The notes: generated from the letters alone by a model not told the origin. A stretch of 64,000 nt of DNA from Chloroflexota bacterium (GCA_040758495.1 JBFLVL010000009.1:27516-91515); one strand, 5' to 3'; positions 1-11,961 are shown, counted from the stretch's first letter. Numbers and translations: made by a program.

Positions 1-775
1 ACTATGGCTAAATCTGCCTCAGTTGTAATGGTGGTATTTTCCTGCACGGTGTTGTTCCCGGTATTGGGGTCAGTCGTAGTACTGCTGACCTCGGCAGCGT
101 TTTGAACCACACCCAATCCAGCACCAGCATCCACGTCTGTGGTAATCGTCACCCCTGCGGTGGCACTCACGGGGAGTGTACCTAGAGTACAGGTCACCAC
201 GCCACCCGCATGGCTGCAGGACCCCTGGCTGGCAGTGGCCTGATTATAGAGCATTTCCACGGGTAACGTGTCGGTGACTACGACCGTGAGGGCGTCGGAT
301 GGACCGTTGTTGGTGATATCCAACGTGTAGGTTATCGGGTTGCCAGCGAGTACCGGATCGGGTGAATCTGACTTGGTTATGCTTAAATCCGCTCTGGTGT
401 TAATCGTGGTCGTCTCGGTATCCGTGTTGTTGCTCTGTACAGGGTCGGGTGTATCTGTGTCAACCTGGACCAGGTTATCTACTGATCCCAGAAGGTTGGG
501 GCTTGTATCTACAGTGAGCGTTACTGTTGCCGTATCACTCACGCCCATGTCACCCAATTCGCAGGTCACCACTCCACCTGCGTGGTTACAGGCTCCCTGG
601 CTGGATACTGCCTGATCGAACGTCACACCAGCCGGTAGCGTATCGGTCATTGTAACCAGAGTACCCGTGTAATTCCCGGTGTTGGTTACAGTTATCGTGT
701 AGGTAAGCGTTTCGCCAGCCACGACCGGATTGGGACTGCCAGCTTTTGAAACTTCCATATCCGCATACAGGAGCT
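1..775 (-). repeat. In-frame tandem repeat, period 372 bp (124 aa), encoding DUF11-like 'conserved repeat' domains within the protease gene
   Basis: The anchor 'ggtcaccac..cc.cc.gc.tgg' occurs at 192 and again at 564, which are 372 bp apart. The repeat units start with ADMEVSKAGSPNP (~772), ADLSITKSDSPDP (~400) and ADLAI (~28). At least 2.1 copies are visible. Confidence 0.75.
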
Positions 776-2429
776 GTAAGTTCATCGTAGCGCCACAAGC
801 TATGCTGAGCACTTGCACACCAACCCCACTGTAGCTGCCGTTATACAGTTTGCTGTTAGGATAAGAAGTGTTGGTAAACCAGAAGTTCGTACTGGACCCT
901 GGATACGGGTCACCATCATCACCCCGATTACTCCCATGATACAAATGGTCCTGTCCATCGGCTTCTTCCAGGTCTACCAGGGGATGATCCTCATCCGCAT
1001 TCGCTGAATTGGTGGAAGTCACGGATTCGTCAATATGCCAGATCAGTAGACCGCATCCAGGTAAGCCAGCATCGTAACCTACATATCTCCGGTTTTCAAT
1101 CAAGAAATACTCCCCTGTCCCCGACTGGTTATAAAAATTCCAATCCACCCCGTTAGGATTAGGTAATAACTGAACCACATCGGGATTGGCCTCCACTTGA
1201 GAAAGGGAAATGACCCCAGTATCCAGCTCCTGGGTGGAGGTCATCACCAGGGTGGGTGTAACCCAACCCTGATACCATTTGCTAAAGGCGTCTGGATGAG
1301 AAGGTTTATCCCCCGAATACTGCCCTCCAGACAACCAGGATCCGGAGCCCATCACACTCCAATAACCTATTCCTTGTGAAGAACCATCCGTATCGTAAAG
1401 GTCTGGCCAATTGATATCATGTCCTAACTCATGAACCATGATCCCAATGGTTGCCATGTGGCCAGGTTGGTCATAGATTTTATAGCAGTGGTATTCCCCA
1501 AATTGGGTATATCCCCCACCGACAGACCAGTGACCGATGATGACACCATCCAGGTTGGGCGCATCAACACCACCCCACCCAAGATCCCACTGATGCCCCC
1601 AAACACTTGGCTCACAAGCGTTAACCGATCCGCCGTAAGCTGTCTCGTAGCCTGCGGCTACAATCACTACATGCAATTCTTTAGGAGTGATGTAACCATC
1701 CGTGTCCGTATCGTAGCTCGAATAATTAATATAGGGGTCTGCAGCCACCAGAGCATCGTGGGTAAGTTGTCGGTTGGCAGTACCTGTGGAACCTCGGGTG
1801 TCAATATGGTTATAGCCAATATTCAACCAACCGATAATGCCATCGTTCACTACACCATCCACCCCGTCTGTAAAGGTCTCGTTGGCGGGGATTAAACCCA
1901 GGTTTCCATAAGAAACTTCGTTGTAATAATCCTTTACGCTATTACTGGCACCGAAAAAGCGTGCATTCCACTGCCCCGCGGTGGTCCCAACTGAGGCTTG
2001 GTCGGTAAATTCAACCAGTATTACTAAAACAGACTGATTGCCTGAGCTGCCCGGCCAGGGAGCTCTCGAAACGGGGGTCGTGTAGGCGAGGCCAAGATCA
2101 GCCGAAACCTTCGGACGCAGGTGGGGCGAAATACCCGCAGGGGCATCCAACCCAACCCGGAAATGGCTGGGCACCAACTCGCCCCGTCTGTTCAACATAG
2201 CATAGTGCCAAAAACCTGTCTCTGGATTCTGGATGATCGTAAATCCGTCCAGCGTCTCATATCCATTCACCCACTCATTACCAAACGAAACCGCAGGAAA
2301 TTGCGTTCCATCTGGCTGTTCAAATGTGAATTCATCTGGAAGAGCTGGCGCTGCCAACCCCACCGCAGGAAGCCCCAAAGCGAATGTGATAACGATGAAA
2401 GTTGTGATAAGCCGCTTAATTAGCTCCAT
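1..2429 (-). CDS. Secreted M6-family (immune-inhibitor-A-like) zinc metalloprotease with C-terminal DUF11-type repeat domains; the C-terminus runs off the window
   Basis: This gene is absent from the ORF track because it has no stop inside the window. The minus frame is open from ATG 2429-2427 to position 1. A GGAGG SD lies at 2437-2441 (complement), 7 nt upstream. The N-terminus is a signal peptide (MELIKRLITTFIVITFALGLPAVGLAAP). An HExxH zinc site (MVHELGHD) is encoded near 1420-1440. The C-terminal part contains repeats ending in ...SQG[AS]C[NS]HAGGVVTC.LG. Confidence 0.8.
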   Translation of the reverse strand, partial: MELIKRLITTFIVITFALGLPAVGLAAPALPDEFTFEQPDGTQFPAVSFGNEWVNGYETLDGFTIIQNPETGFWHYAMLNRRGELVPSHFRVGLDAPAGISPHLRPKVSADLGLAYTTPVSRAPWPGSSGNQSVLVILVEFTDQASVGTTAGQWNARFFGASNSVKDYYNEVSYGNLGLIPANETFTDGVDGVVNDGIIGWLNIGYNHIDTRGSTGTANRQLTHDALVAADPYINYSSYDTDTDGYITPKELHVVIVAAGYETAYGGSVNACEPSVWGHQWDLGWGGVDAPNLDGVIIGHWSVGGGYTQFGEYHCYKIYDQPGHMATIGIMVHELGHDINWPDLYDTDGSSQGIGYWSVMGSGSWLSGGQYSGDKPSHPDAFSKWYQGWVTPTLVMTSTQELDTGVISLSQVEANPDVVQLLPNPNGVDWNFYNQSGTGEYFLIENRRYVGYDAGLPGCGLLIWHIDESVTSTNSANADEDHPLVDLEEADGQDHLYHGSNRGDDGDPYPGSSTNFWFTNTSYPNSKLYNGSYSGVGVQVLSIACGATMNLQLLYADMEVSKAGSPNPVVAGETLTYTITVTNTGNYTGTLVTMTDTLPAGVTFDQAVSSQGACNHAGGVVTCELGDMGVSDTATVTLTVDTSPNLLGSVDNLVQVDTDTPDPVQSNNTDTETTTINTRADLSITKSDSPDPVLAGNPITYTLDITNNGPSDALTVVVTDTLPVEMLYNQATASQGSCSHAGGVVTCTLGTLPVSATAGVTITTDVDAGAGLGVVQNAAEVSSTTTDPNTGNNTVQENTTITTEADLAI

Positions 2430-2556
2430 CTTTTGGCCTCCACTTGAGTCTCTGGTGCAATTGTAACACCCAATGACCAAACTTGCAGGAACTTCCGCCT
2501 CATGCTATAACTGCTTTGTCTTTAACCGTCCTACCTCTTTATCAAGGGAGGGTATC

Positions 2557-3651
2557 GTGACCGTCTCAGGCAAAGGCTACTATCTCTGGAAAATCCTCAA
2601 TTGTGAGGGTGGAAATGTTGAATCTATCGCCAGGCTGGCACAAGAAGCTCAACTCAGCCATTTATTACTGAAAATAGCCGATGGTGTAAATCCATATAAC
2701 TACGACCGAAATGTTGATCTCCTCCCACCTCTGGTTCAAACCTTGCGCAAAAAAGGCATCCAGGCCTGGGGATGGCATTACGTTTATGGAGATAATCCCC
2801 TTAGTGAAGCCCGGATCGCCATCCAGCGGATAGAAGATCTCGGACTGGATGGGTACGTGATTGACGCCGAAGAACAATACAAACAACCTGGAAAAGATAC
2901 GGCTGCAAAAAGGTTTATGCGCGAATTACGTGTTTCGTTGCCGGATTTCCCTATAGCTTTGAGTTCGTACCGTTATCCATCTTACCACCCTCAATTACCC
3001 TGGAGTCAGTTCCTGGAGAAGTGTGATATCAACATGCCCCAGGTATACTGGATGTTTGCCAACAATCCCGGGGCTCAGTTAAACCGCTGCGTTCGTGAAT
3101 TTAAGGGGATGAGTCCAGCTCGACCGATCATTCCTACTGGGGCAGCATTCTCGGAACATGGATGGACGCCACAACCGAACGAAATCACCGAATTTTTACG
3201 CACAGCACAAGAACTCAATCTCACCGCGGTTAATTTTTGGGAGTGGTCTACAGCTCGGAGCATTCCTACAGTTTGGAAAGCCATCAAGGACTTCGAATGG
3301 CCTCTTCCCTGCCCTGAAAAAGACATAACCGAAAAATACATTGATGCATTAAATTCATCCTCTCCCGAAGCAGTAACTGCGTTATACACTCCCGCGGCTG
3401 TACATATCACCTACAGCCGCACAGTGCAGGGACCGGAAGCCATCAAAGCCTGGTATCAAAACCTGTTCACCCAACTTTTACCCCAGGCAAAATACACATT
3501 GACCGGGTTCACGGGAACTGGAAACTCACGACACCTAACCTGGACAGCAACTTCCCCCAATGGCACAGTAGAAAATGGGAACGATACCTTCGGTTTAATC
3601 GAAGCAAAGATCGCCTATCACTATACTTTCTTCACCATTTCACCGATATGA
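2557..3651 (+). CDS. Putative glycoside-hydrolase-like TIM-barrel protein with a C-terminal NTF2/SnoaL-like domain
   Basis: This is the 2473..3651 frame from the ORF track. I prefer GTG 2557 because a strong SD (AGGGAGGG, 2545-2552) sits 4-5 nt upstream, whereas ATG 2473 has no SD. The functional call rests only on a general resemblance: ...LLLKIADGVNPYNY..., WGWHYVYG, DGYVIDAE, and a C-terminal segment ~110 aa long that looks NTF2-like. Confidence 0.55.
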   Translation: MTVSGKGYYLWKILNCEGGNVESIARLAQEAQLSHLLLKIADGVNPYNYDRNVDLLPPLVQTLRKKGIQAWGWHYVYGDNPLSEARIAIQRIEDLGLDGYVIDAEEQYKQPGKDTAAKRFMRELRVSLPDFPIALSSYRYPSYHPQLPWSQFLEKCDINMPQVYWMFANNPGAQLNRCVREFKGMSPARPIIPTGAAFSEHGWTPQPNEITEFLRTAQELNLTAVNFWEWSTARSIPTVWKAIKDFEWPLPCPEKDITEKYIDALNSSSPEAVTALYTPAAVHITYSRTVQGPEAIKAWYQNLFTQLLPQAKYTLTGFTGTGNSRHLTWTATSPNGTVENGNDTFGLIEAKIAYHYTFFTISPI

Positions 3652-4886
3652 AGTACTCCCATGGGGTAAAAGCCAGCTATTTTGTGCGTAAAAGGATAAG
3701 GTTTATCCCCCCCTGGCGCTTCTTATTACTGGTTACCCTGTTCGCTTGCACAACACAACCCACGCTCCTGGAGGCTTCTGTTGAGCCTCAACCCCAACGG
3801 ACGACTTCAAGCACATTCACCCTTACAAGTCCCTCTTATCCTCTACCCTCAACACAACCCAATCCAACCCAAACGCATCCCATTCTCACTGCTCCCAATG
3901 CGGGACTGACACCCACACCCTGGCAGGCCACCAGCACTGCCACCCCCATAATCATCGAAACTTTGCCTGCTTTCACCACCTCGATTTTGCGAAGCGGTGT
4001 ACTCCCACAATCCTACATTACAGATACGTGCAAATACTTACGCCTGCGTTGGACACCCACGAACAGCCTCCCAGGAACCGTAGTGGTTCCCATCTTCTTC
4101 CACGCTATCCGTCCCACTGGAGAAGAATTGTACGACCCATCTTTCATCAGCGCTGACCAATTCCAGGCTATCATTAACCGTGCAGTCCAACTGGGCTTCA
4201 AAACGATTACTACAGCTCAATTGCTCGACTTTTTAACAAAAAACGCACGCATCCCCTCAAGGTCTATGCTGCTTATCCTGGACGATAGGCGCCCGGGAAC
4301 ACTGGAAGAGTACTTTATCCCCGTGGCTGAAAAATACAACTGGACGATCACTTTAGGTTGGATTATAGCTGACACCCGACCCAGCCTCTGGACTCGAATG
4401 GAGAATCTGGCTGCCACGGGTTACCTGGATGTCCAATCCCATGGGTATTGGCACTACTACATCACAGAGACCACACCCGAAGAAACTATCCGGGAGGAAT
4501 TGTTCAACCCTATCCCGGTTCTTGAGGCACACTTTGGAACGCGACCAATAGCGATCATCTGGCCGGGAGGAAATTTCACTCAACTCGCCGTCCGCATCGC
4601 CCGGGAGGCAGAATATGAATTGGGTTTCAGCACGCATTCGCGAGGTCCGTTGATGTTCAACTGGATCCCACTGGGGGAAGCGGAGAGAAATATTCAGGAC
4701 TCCTTAATGGTTCTTCCCCGTTTTTGGAGCACGTCCGCAATCCTAAATCTGGAACAGGCGGCCAATATTAACCAGACCGCCTACTCCTTTGCCCTAAGCA
4801 ATTACCAGAACGAAGCCTCCTGGTATCGAACCTATTGCGGTGGTGAACTGCCCATCCAATCATCAGAAATACACGAATTTAAGTAG
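3648..4886 (+). CDS. Membrane-anchored polysaccharide deacetylase (NodB/CE4-like)
   Basis: The 412-aa ORF has an ATGA overlap with the upstream gene. It has an N-terminal TM segment and a Pro/Thr-rich linker. The deacetylase-like core shows ...LLILDDRRPGT..., ...DVQSHGYWH... and ...IIWPGGNF.... Confidence 0.7.
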   Translation: MKYSHGVKASYFVRKRIRFIPPWRFLLLVTLFACTTQPTLLEASVEPQPQRTTSSTFTLTSPSYPLPSTQPNPTQTHPILTAPNAGLTPTPWQATSTATPIIIETLPAFTTSILRSGVLPQSYITDTCKYLRLRWTPTNSLPGTVVVPIFFHAIRPTGEELYDPSFISADQFQAIINRAVQLGFKTITTAQLLDFLTKNARIPSRSMLLILDDRRPGTLEEYFIPVAEKYNWTITLGWIIADTRPSLWTRMENLAATGYLDVQSHGYWHYYITETTPEETIREELFNPIPVLEAHFGTRPIAIIWPGGNFTQLAVRIAREAEYELGFSTHSRGPLMFNWIPLGEAERNIQDSLMVLPRFWSTSAILNLEQAANINQTAYSFALSNYQNEASWYRTYCGGELPIQSSEIHEFK

Positions 4887-4914
4887 AGACATTGTTTTTA
4901 ATGGCTAATGACCA

Positions 4915-7359
4915 CTATCGCTTGAAAAACCTTGACATGTCAAGTGGGTCAGTAAAAACGACGATCTGGTCGCCAGCTTTCACCGGAATGATTTCCTTCC
5001 CACCAGCCATACGTCCCTGTAATGGAGCTGCATCCAATCGTGTGGACTTCGCAGCTCTTTTCTTCAGGTGTGCTATTACCTGATGAGTCCCTTTACCCAC
5101 GGCTACCCCAACCAGTCGCTGCCTCTTGGATAACTTCCAGGCTATAACCCCCAAACCATACCTTCCCTGGGTAGGAACTTGATCCAAAGCCACACGTTTT
5201 CCACCGCCATCACTTGCCAGGAAGAACACCTCGTCAACATCTCGTAACACAATCCCACCTACGACACAATCCTCATCACGCAATTTAATCCCACCAACCC
5301 CAGCAGCGATCAATCCCATCGGTCGGACATCCGACTCATTAAATCGAATGCACATTCCATCGGCAGTCACCAAAAAGACATCATCCTGACCACGGCTAAA
5401 GCCAACCCAACCCAAGCAGTCACCCTCATTGACCCTCGCCAATGTAAACGTTTGAGCACTTGGTCCGGGGAGCTCCTTCCAATCTGTCTTTTTGACCATG
5501 CCACATTTAGTGAAAGTCAAGATATATCCATCCCCCCTTGCATCTTCTTCCGCAGGCGGGCTAAAAATGGATGCCAGGGGTTTATCTTCCGGCAGTGGTG
5601 TTATTCGCGCAAAGTGCACACCATCTGATGGCGTCTCAGCTACAGGCAAGGAGTGAACTGCAATGGGGGCTGCCTCGCCCTGAAGGTTGACCAGATAAAG
5701 CGTGTCGTGGGTATGGACGCGCACCAACAACCTCGGAGCCGCAGTACCGCTGATTCGCGGCTTCTTATCCGTCCTTGTACAGGAAACTAACCCTTCCGCG
5801 GTCACAGAAACCCAAACAACTTTGGGGGTCACCACATCTTTGGCGGTTAGTACGGTAGACTTATCCTCATCTTCTTCCAGAGTAACTATATGCGTGCGGC
5901 GCCTGTCTGCGTACGTGGACTTTATCACTGACAATTCCTCAGCCACTAAATTTCGGATCTTTTTGGGCGAAGCGAGTAGATTTACAAGTTTCTTTATCCT
6001 GGCAAGAAGTTCCTTATACTCCGAAGTGATTTTCTTGCGCTCCAAGGAGGCTAATCTACGCAAAGGGAGGTCTAGGATGGCACTGGCCTGTTCCTCGGTT
6101 AGTTTGAACTGACGTCGTAATCGGGAGTGTGCCTTAGTAACATTTGGAGATTGTCGGATGGTATTAATCACCTCATCCAGATGATCCAAAGCGACCTGTA
6201 ACCCCTCCAAAACATGGGCTCGTTTACGGGCACGATCTAACTCATACTTACTCCTGCGACGAACGACCGTCAGACGATGTTCCAGGTAAACGCGCAACGC
6301 CTGTTTCAAACTCAACAAGCGCGGCTCCCCATCTACAAGAGCGAGCATAATAATGCCAAACGTCATCTGAAGGCTTGTACGGCTGTAAAGGACTTTCAAT
6401 ACCTCTTCTGGGTCTGCAGTCTTTGTCAATTCAAGCACTATTCGCAACCCCTGACGATCAGACTCATCGCGCAGGTCAGATAACCCCTCTAGATGTCCTT
6501 CCCTGGATAATTGGGCGATGCGCTCGATCAGGGAAGCCTTGTTGGTCATGTATGGCAATTGTGAAACAACGATCCGCTTCCGTCCCCTCTCCATATCCTC
6601 CAAGTGGACCCGGGCTTGGAGGGTAATTCGCCCTCTGCCCGATCCATAGGCACTGGTAAGAGAAATCCCCTGGGATCCCTGAATGATCACTCCCCCAGTT
6701 GGGAAGTCAGGTCCTTTTATATAACGCATCAAATCTTCCACACTCACGTCATCTAACTTTGTCCATCTCTCCAACATGAAAATTAAAGCATCCACAATTT
6801 CCCCAAGGTTGTGCGGAGGTATGTTGGATGAATAACCGACCGCAATACCGGTACCTCCATTAACCATAAGGTTCGGAACGGCAGCAGGTAAAACCACAGG
6901 TTCCAGTAAGGTGCCATCAAAATTATCAACAAAATCAACTGTGTCCTTGTGGATATCATTTAACATTTCCCCAGCTAATGATTCTATCCGTGCTTCGGTG
7001 TATCGCATGGCAGCCGGTGGATCACCATCCATACTTCCAAAGTTTCCTTGTCCATCCACGAGCAGATAACGCATGGAAAAATCCTGAGCCATCCGAGCCA
7101 TGGCATCATACACCGCCATATCCCCATGTGGATGGAATTTTCCTAACACCTCACCAACGATACGGGCACTTTTTTTATAAGGAGAATCAGACCCTATGCC
7201 CATCTCGTGCATGGCATACAAAATCCTGCGGTGTACGGGTTTCAACCCATCACGGGCATCCGGCAAAGCCCGCGAAACAATCACGCTCATGGCGTAATCC
7301 ATGTATGCCTGTTGCATCTCTTCATCTATATCTACCCGCTGTACCATCCCTATTTCCAT
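4915..7359 (-). CDS. gyrA: DNA gyrase subunit A
   Basis: The 814-aa ORF carries ...[26 protein letters not shown]..., the active-site region [10 protein letters not shown] and a C-terminal beta-pinwheel-length tail. A GAGGAGGA SD lies before the ATG. Confidence 0.97.
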   Translation of the reverse strand: MEIGMVQRVDIDEEMQQAYMDYAMSVIVSRALPDARDGLKPVHRRILYAMHEMGIGSDSPYKKSARIVGEVLGKFHPHGDMAVYDAMARMAQDFSMRYLLVDGQGNFGSMDGDPPAAMRYTEARIESLAGEMLNDIHKDTVDFVDNFDGTLLEPVVLPAAVPNLMVNGGTGIAVGYSSNIPPHNLGEIVDALIFMLERWTKLDDVSVEDLMRYIKGPDFPTGGVIIQGSQGISLTSAYGSGRGRITLQARVHLEDMERGRKRIVVSQLPYMTNKASLIERIAQLSREGHLEGLSDLRDESDRQGLRIVLELTKTADPEEVLKVLYSRTSLQMTFGIIMLALVDGEPRLLSLKQALRVYLEHRLTVVRRRSKYELDRARKRAHVLEGLQVALDHLDEVINTIRQSPNVTKAHSRLRRQFKLTEEQASAILDLPLRRLASLERKKITSEYKELLARIKKLVNLLASPKKIRNLVAEELSVIKSTYADRRRTHIVTLEEDEDKSTVLTAKDVVTPKVVWVSVTAEGLVSCTRTDKKPRISGTAAPRLLVRVHTHDTLYLVNLQGEAAPIAVHSLPVAETPSDGVHFARITPLPEDKPLASIFSPPAEEDARGDGYILTFTKCGMVKKTDWKELPGPSAQTFTLARVNEGDCLGWVGFSRGQDDVFLVTADGMCIRFNESDVRPMGLIAAGVGGIKLRDEDCVVGGIVLRDVDEVFFLASDGGGKRVALDQVPTQGRYGLGVIAWKLSKRQRLVGVAVGKGTHQVIAHLKKRAAKSTRLDAAPLQGRMAGGKEIIPVKAGDQIVVFTDPLDMSRFFKR

Positions 7360-7430
7360 ACATCCTCCTCACTGAACCAGACAAATAATTTCTACAACCC
7401 GTCTTTATGCATGAGTAGACTTGTGGAGTT

Positions 7431-7459
7431 ATATTAAGACCAAACTGGGAACAAGTCAA
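7431..7459 (-). promoter_or_regulatory. Candidate sigma-A promoter for gyrA (TTGACT-17 nt-TAATAT)
   Basis: On the minus strand, TTGACT is the complement of 7454-7459 and TAATAT is the complement of 7431-7436, with a 17-nt spacer. The element lies ~70 nt upstream of the gyrA ATG and just downstream of the rpoC terminator. Confidence 0.45.
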
Positions 7460-7461
7460 CC

Positions 7462-7503
7462 AAAGGAAAACAAATTTGCCCCTGTCAATCAACAGGGGCA
7501 AAT
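7462..7503 (-). terminator. Rho-independent terminator after rpoC
   Basis: A perfect 12-bp stem (7474-7485 pairs with 7492-7503) has a 6-nt loop. On the minus strand it is followed by TTTGTTTTCC. It lies 38 nt after the rpoC stop. Confidence 0.8.
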
Positions 7504-7540
7504 CGTACTACTAGGGCACTCACTAAAAGATGGAGAAGTT

Positions 7541-10500
7541 TTAATCGGCTGAAGTAGGTTCTTCGATAGGTTTTTCAACTTGAACCTCTTCAACCACCTC
7601 GGCATCCTCTCCCCCTTCCTCAACGAGCTCCTCTTCCGGTTTCATGTCTGCTTCAAAACGATTTGGCACGAAGCCTGTCCCCGCAGGGATTAATTTTCCG
7701 ATGATCACGTTCTCCTTCAGCCCATACAATGGGTCCACACTTCCAGAAACAGCCGCGCTGGTCAATACCTTAATTGTATGCTGGAAGGAAGCTGCTGAAA
7801 GGAAGGACTCAGTATTCAGCGAAGCCTTGGTTATTCCTAATAATATTTCTTTATATTTGGCCGGTCGTTTGCCCTCGGCTAAAAATTGTTCGTTGACATT
7901 CTGAATCTCCAGGCGTCGAACTAAATCGCCGGGCAGATAATCGGTGTCACCAGAGGCTGTCACCTGTATCCTGGACATCATCTTCCGGATGATGATCTCA
8001 AAGTGCTTATCGTGGATGTTCTGACCCTGTGAACGATAAACCTTCTGAACCTCCGATAACAAATACATTTGGCAGGCTTCACGTCCTTGAATCCGAAGGA
8101 GACGGTGTGGGTTAAGAGATCCCTCCGTGAGCGGCTGTCCAGGTTCCACATGATCGCCATCTTTCACCAGCAATCGGGCATTACTCGGTATCTCGTACTC
8201 CTGCTCCTCTTTCTGCTCATAAGAAACGATAATCTTTCCTTTTTCAATACGTACACGACCAGCGTTATGAGCTGTGATGGTGGCATCTTCTTCAGAGGCT
8301 AATACCTCTCCTGGGTTAACTTCCGCCTCTTCTTTCACCTCAATCTTCCAACCTTTGGGGACACCGTACTCGTCGCTGACCATTTCACTGTGTTCAACAC
8401 GTACAACCCGCAAATCGCTATACCGGTCAGACCGTAGAACTTGCACCGTTCCAGCAATTTCAGATACTACTGCTTCACCCTTGGGTGCCTTACGGGCTTC
8501 AAATAACTCTTCAACGCGAGGCAGACCAGTAGTAATATCTCCTCCAGCAGCAACGCCACCCGTGTGGAATGTGCGTAAGGTGAGTTGTGTACCTGGTTCA
8601 CCAATAGACTGAGCCGCGACAATGCCTACTGCTGCGCCCAGCTCAACCATTTCACCTCGACCCAGATCTGTGCCGTAGCATTTCGCGCAGACTCCATGTA
8701 CAAGCCTGCATGTCAAAGGTGAGCGGACTTTTACAGCCTCGACTCCGCTCTTCATAATCTTGCGGACATCACCGCGATCTAACAAATCATCACGTTCGTT
8801 TAATACTTCACCTGTGTCGGGGTCCACCACCCTTTCGGCCACACAACGCCCAAACAGACGCAACTCCATAGACTCATCCACAACATCCCTCTCCCTCGGG
8901 ATGTAAATGCCATCTTCGGTACCGCAGTCTTCTTCATTCACAATGACGTCCTGAGCAATATCCACCAAACGCCGGGTGAGGTATCCCGCATCTGCGGTAC
9001 GCAAGGCGGTATCAGCAAGACCTTTGCGTGCCCCGTGTGTCGAAATGAAATACTCCAGAGAACTCAATCCCTCTCGGAAGTTAGATCGAATTGGCAAGGG
9101 GATAATTCTCCCTGCCGGGTCAGCCATCAAGCCACGCATACCAGCCAATTGAGCGATTGGTCCATACCCACCCTTTGTGGCGCCAGAATTTGCCATGGTT
9201 GCCAGGTTGCCATTTGGGTCCAGGGTATCACGAACAATATCTGATACTTCTCCAGTAGTCCGCTGCCAGATGTTGACCACCTGCTCATTCTGCTCCTGCT
9301 CAGTAAGTAGGCCACGACGAAAATCCCTTTGAACTGCCTCCACTTGCTCCAATGCCTGTTGTATAATCTCACGTTTCTCAGGAGGAACGGTGATATCACC
9401 CACAGCTATCGTGGTCCCAGATTTGGTCGCGTAGTTAAACCCGATGTCTTTGATCCGATCGGCAACTACAGTTGTTACCTTTGACCCACAAACCTCGTAG
9501 ATCTCTGTGAACAAATCCTTGAGATCACCTTTATCTAAAACTTTATTAACGAAGCGTACTTCTCCCGGTAGTATAAAATTAAACAGTACCCGTCCAACGG
9601 TTGTATCTAGCAGTAAATCCTGCTGCTCAGGTAATCGGTTGTATTTATCGTCGTACCAGCTTGGGGTTTTTATCTTGATCCTCGTGTGTACACCAACGTG
9701 ATTCAGGCTGTAAGCAAGCTCCACTTCATCAAAATGGGCAAAGATGCTTCCATCACCAGGGTGTTCCTTATCATCTTCCATAGTCAGGTAATAGACCCCT
9801 AACACCATGCACTTTGAGGGGCTGATGATCGGTTCGCCATCTGCGGGCTTCAATAAGTTTCGAGATGAAAGCATAAGCTCGCGCGCTTCCCATACTGCCT
9901 TCCGGGTCAGCGGAACATGTACAGCCATCTGGTCACCATCAAAGTCAGCGTTGAAAGCCGTCGTCACCAAGGGATGTAGCTGGATTGCTTTTCCTTCGAT
10001 CAGCACGGGTTCAAACGCCTGAATGCCCAGACGGTGCAGAGTTGGCGCACGGTTCAACAGTACCGGACGATCCATTATGACTTCTTCTAGTACCTCCCAT
10101 ACTTCAGGTCGATTTTGCTCAATGAAACGTTTTGCACCTTTGATGTTTTGTGCGTATCCGTTTTCCACCAAACGGGAGATAACGAAAGGACGGTACAACT
10201 CAAGGGCCATCGTTTTGGGTAAACCGCACTGATAAATCTTTAACTGCGGTCCTACAACGATTACAGAGCGTCCCGAGTAATCCACCCGCTTCCCTAGCAG
10301 GTTGCGGCGGAAACGGCCCTTCTTCCCCTTGAGCATATCGCTTAATGATTTGAGTTCTCTTCGTCCCCTTCTTGAGCGTGCTTTTCCTCTTTGCGAGTTA
10401 TCAATCAGCGAGTCCACAGCTTCCTGCAACATACGCTTTTCATTGCGGACGATTACATCTGGAGCCCCAAGTTCCAGTAACCTTTTCAGTCTATTATTAC

Positions 10501-11836
10501 GGTTAATGACCCGGCGATAGAGATCATTCAAATCGGAAGTTGCAAATCGGCCGCCATCCAGTTGCACCATGGGTCTCAGATCCGGTGGGATTACCGGCAG
10601 AACGGTCAATATCATCCACTCTGGTCTATTCCCTGAACGCAGTAAAGATTCAACCACTCTCAGGCGCTTAGTCGCTTTCTTTCTGCGTTGTTTGCTTCGC
10701 GTAGAACGGACCTCATACCATAATTCGTCCCTGGATTCCTCCAAGTCGAGCCGCCTGAGAATGTCATAAAAAGCCTCTGCGCCCATGTCGGCCCGGAAGA
10801 CCTGCCCCCACTTAGACTTCAATTCACGATAACGACTTTCCCCCATAAATGTCAAAGGTCGCAGGTGTAATAGCTCATCCCGCAGACGGTCTTTCTTGAC
10901 CCTCGCTGCGTATTCTTGATCTTCGTATTGATTACGCAATTCTTCAATAGTTAGATCTGCCCGCGCACGTATCTCTTCTTTCTGTATTTCCAACTGGTCA
11001 AGCTGAATTTGCTTCTCTTCACGCAATTCACCCTCAAGCGTATCTAACTTGTCTTTGATCACTTGTTGAACTTTGGACAGATGGTCACTGCTGATGGTTG
11101 CCCCCGCCTCAGCGATTAAAACATCTATTTCTTTGAAAAGAATTGGGGCTTTGACAGTCTTTCCAATCTTATCCTGTATTAACTTCTCTAAACGCTGACC
11201 TTCTATGATTATGGGTTCAAGGGAGGCAGCGATATTCTCCTCGTATTTTTTCTCTAATCCAGTTTTTTGCTTTGCTATATCCGCCAAGCTGTGATCGCGT
11301 TCAGATTTAATCGCCGCGATTCGGGCATTGATCTGAGCCGCGCGTTCGCTCTCCTCCTGAGCCAACTCCTCTTCCAGCCTGTTTAATGCCTTTTCCCGGG
11401 CATCCTCATCTACATAAGTCACAACGTATTGAGCGAAATACAGCACACGGTCAAGATCCCGCCGTGAAATATTCAACAACAAGCCCAATTGTGAAGGTAC
11501 ACGTCGCGTATACCAGACATGAGCCACTGGTGAGGCCAACTCTATGTGCCCCATGCGTTCACGCCGTACAGACGTTCGAGTAACCTCTACCCCACACTTA
11601 TCACAAACAATCCCCCTATACCGGATGTTCTTATATTTACCACAGTAACACTGGTAATCACGGCTTGGACCAAAAATCGCCTCACAAAATAGACCGTCTT
11701 TCTCAGGACGCAGGCGACGGTAGTTAATTGTCTCAGGCTTGGTCACCTCACCGTATGACCAACTGCGAATAATATCTGGAGATGCCAAACTGACCCGAAG
11801 TGCTTTTAGACCTTTTGTTTCCAAAGAAACCTCCAA
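7541..11836 (-). CDS. rpoC: DNA-directed RNA polymerase subunit beta'
   Basis: The 1431-aa ORF carries the Zn finger [15 protein letters not shown], the catalytic NADFDGDQM, and ...[25 protein letters not shown].... The track start is TTG 11836. A TTG at 11824 with a GGAGG SD (complement of 11830-11834) 5 nt upstream is the more likely true start. Confidence 0.97.
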   Translation of the reverse strand: MEVSLETKGLKALRVSLASPDIIRSWSYGEVTKPETINYRRLRPEKDGLFCEAIFGPSRDYQCYCGKYKNIRYRGIVCDKCGVEVTRTSVRRERMGHIELASPVAHVWYTRRVPSQLGLLLNISRRDLDRVLYFAQYVVTYVDEDAREKALNRLEEELAQEESERAAQINARIAAIKSERDHSLADIAKQKTGLEKKYEENIAASLEPIIIEGQRLEKLIQDKIGKTVKAPILFKEIDVLIAEAGATISSDHLSKVQQVIKDKLDTLEGELREEKQIQLDQLEIQKEEIRARADLTIEELRNQYEDQEYAARVKKDRLRDELLHLRPLTFMGESRYRELKSKWGQVFRADMGAEAFYDILRRLDLEESRDELWYEVRSTRSKQRRKKATKRLRVVESLLRSGNRPEWMILTVLPVIPPDLRPMVQLDGGRFATSDLNDLYRRVINRNNRLKRLLELGAPDVIVRNEKRMLQEAVDSLIDNSQRGKARSRRGRRELKSLSDMLKGKKGRFRRNLLGKRVDYSGRSVIVVGPQLKIYQCGLPKTMALELYRPFVISRLVENGYAQNIKGAKRFIEQNRPEVWEVLEEVIMDRPVLLNRAPTLHRLGIQAFEPVLIEGKAIQLHPLVTTAFNADFDGDQMAVHVPLTRKAVWEARELMLSSRNLLKPADGEPIISPSKCMVLGVYYLTMEDDKEHPGDGSIFAHFDEVELAYSLNHVGVHTRIKIKTPSWYDDKYNRLPEQQDLLLDTTVGRVLFNFILPGEVRFVNKVLDKGDLKDLFTEIYEVCGSKVTTVVADRIKDIGFNYATKSGTTIAVGDITVPPEKREIIQQALEQVEAVQRDFRRGLLTEQEQNEQVVNIWQRTTGEVSDIVRDTLDPNGNLATMANSGATKGGYGPIAQLAGMRGLMADPAGRIIPLPIRSNFREGLSSLEYFISTHGARKGLADTALRTADAGYLTRRLVDIAQDVIVNEEDCGTEDGIYIPRERDVVDESMELRLFGRCVAERVVDPDTGEVLNERDDLLDRGDVRKIMKSGVEAVKVRSPLTCRLVHGVCAKCYGTDLGRGEMVELGAAVGIVAAQSIGEPGTQLTLRTFHTGGVAAGGDITTGLPRVEELFEARKAPKGEAVVSEIAGTVQVLRSDRYSDLRVVRVEHSEMVSDEYGVPKGWKIEVKEEAEVNPGEVLASEEDATITAHNAGRVRIEKGKIIVSYEQKEEQEYEIPSNARLLVKDGDHVEPGQPLTEGSLNPHRLLRIQGREACQMYLLSEVQKVYRSQGQNIHDKHFEIIIRKMMSRIQVTASGDTDYLPGDLVRRLEIQNVNEQFLAEGKRPAKYKEILLGITKASLNTESFLSAASFQHTIKVLTSAAVSGSVDPLYGLKENVIIGKLIPAGTGFVPNRFEADMKPEEELVEEGGEDAEVVEEVQVEKPIEEPTSAD

Positions 11837-11961
11837 GATTCAGATAGGAGAATGTAAGGGGTAATAGGTAATACAATAAATACCCCGCTCCACATGTTGG
11901 ATATTACCCATTCTCTCTAGGAAAACACCTGTAATTCAAAATGGAACAAATGTACTGTTCG

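Noticed and set aside
340-2466. Eight short ORFs in the track on both strands (e.g. 340..615+, 1431..1895+, 2121..2423+)
   Set aside because: All lie inside the single continuous minus-strand frame that encodes a coherent M6 protease with DUF11 repeats. Their translations are low-complexity shadows of that frame.
5702-7437. Plus-strand ORFs of 68-136 aa overlapping gyrA (5702..6112, 6978..7388 and others)
   Set aside because: They are antisense to a well-supported gyrA frame, contain no recognisable motifs and have no SD.
7644-11583. Numerous 60-112-aa ORFs antisense to or out of frame with rpoC
   Set aside because: They are shadow ORFs within a highly conserved gene.
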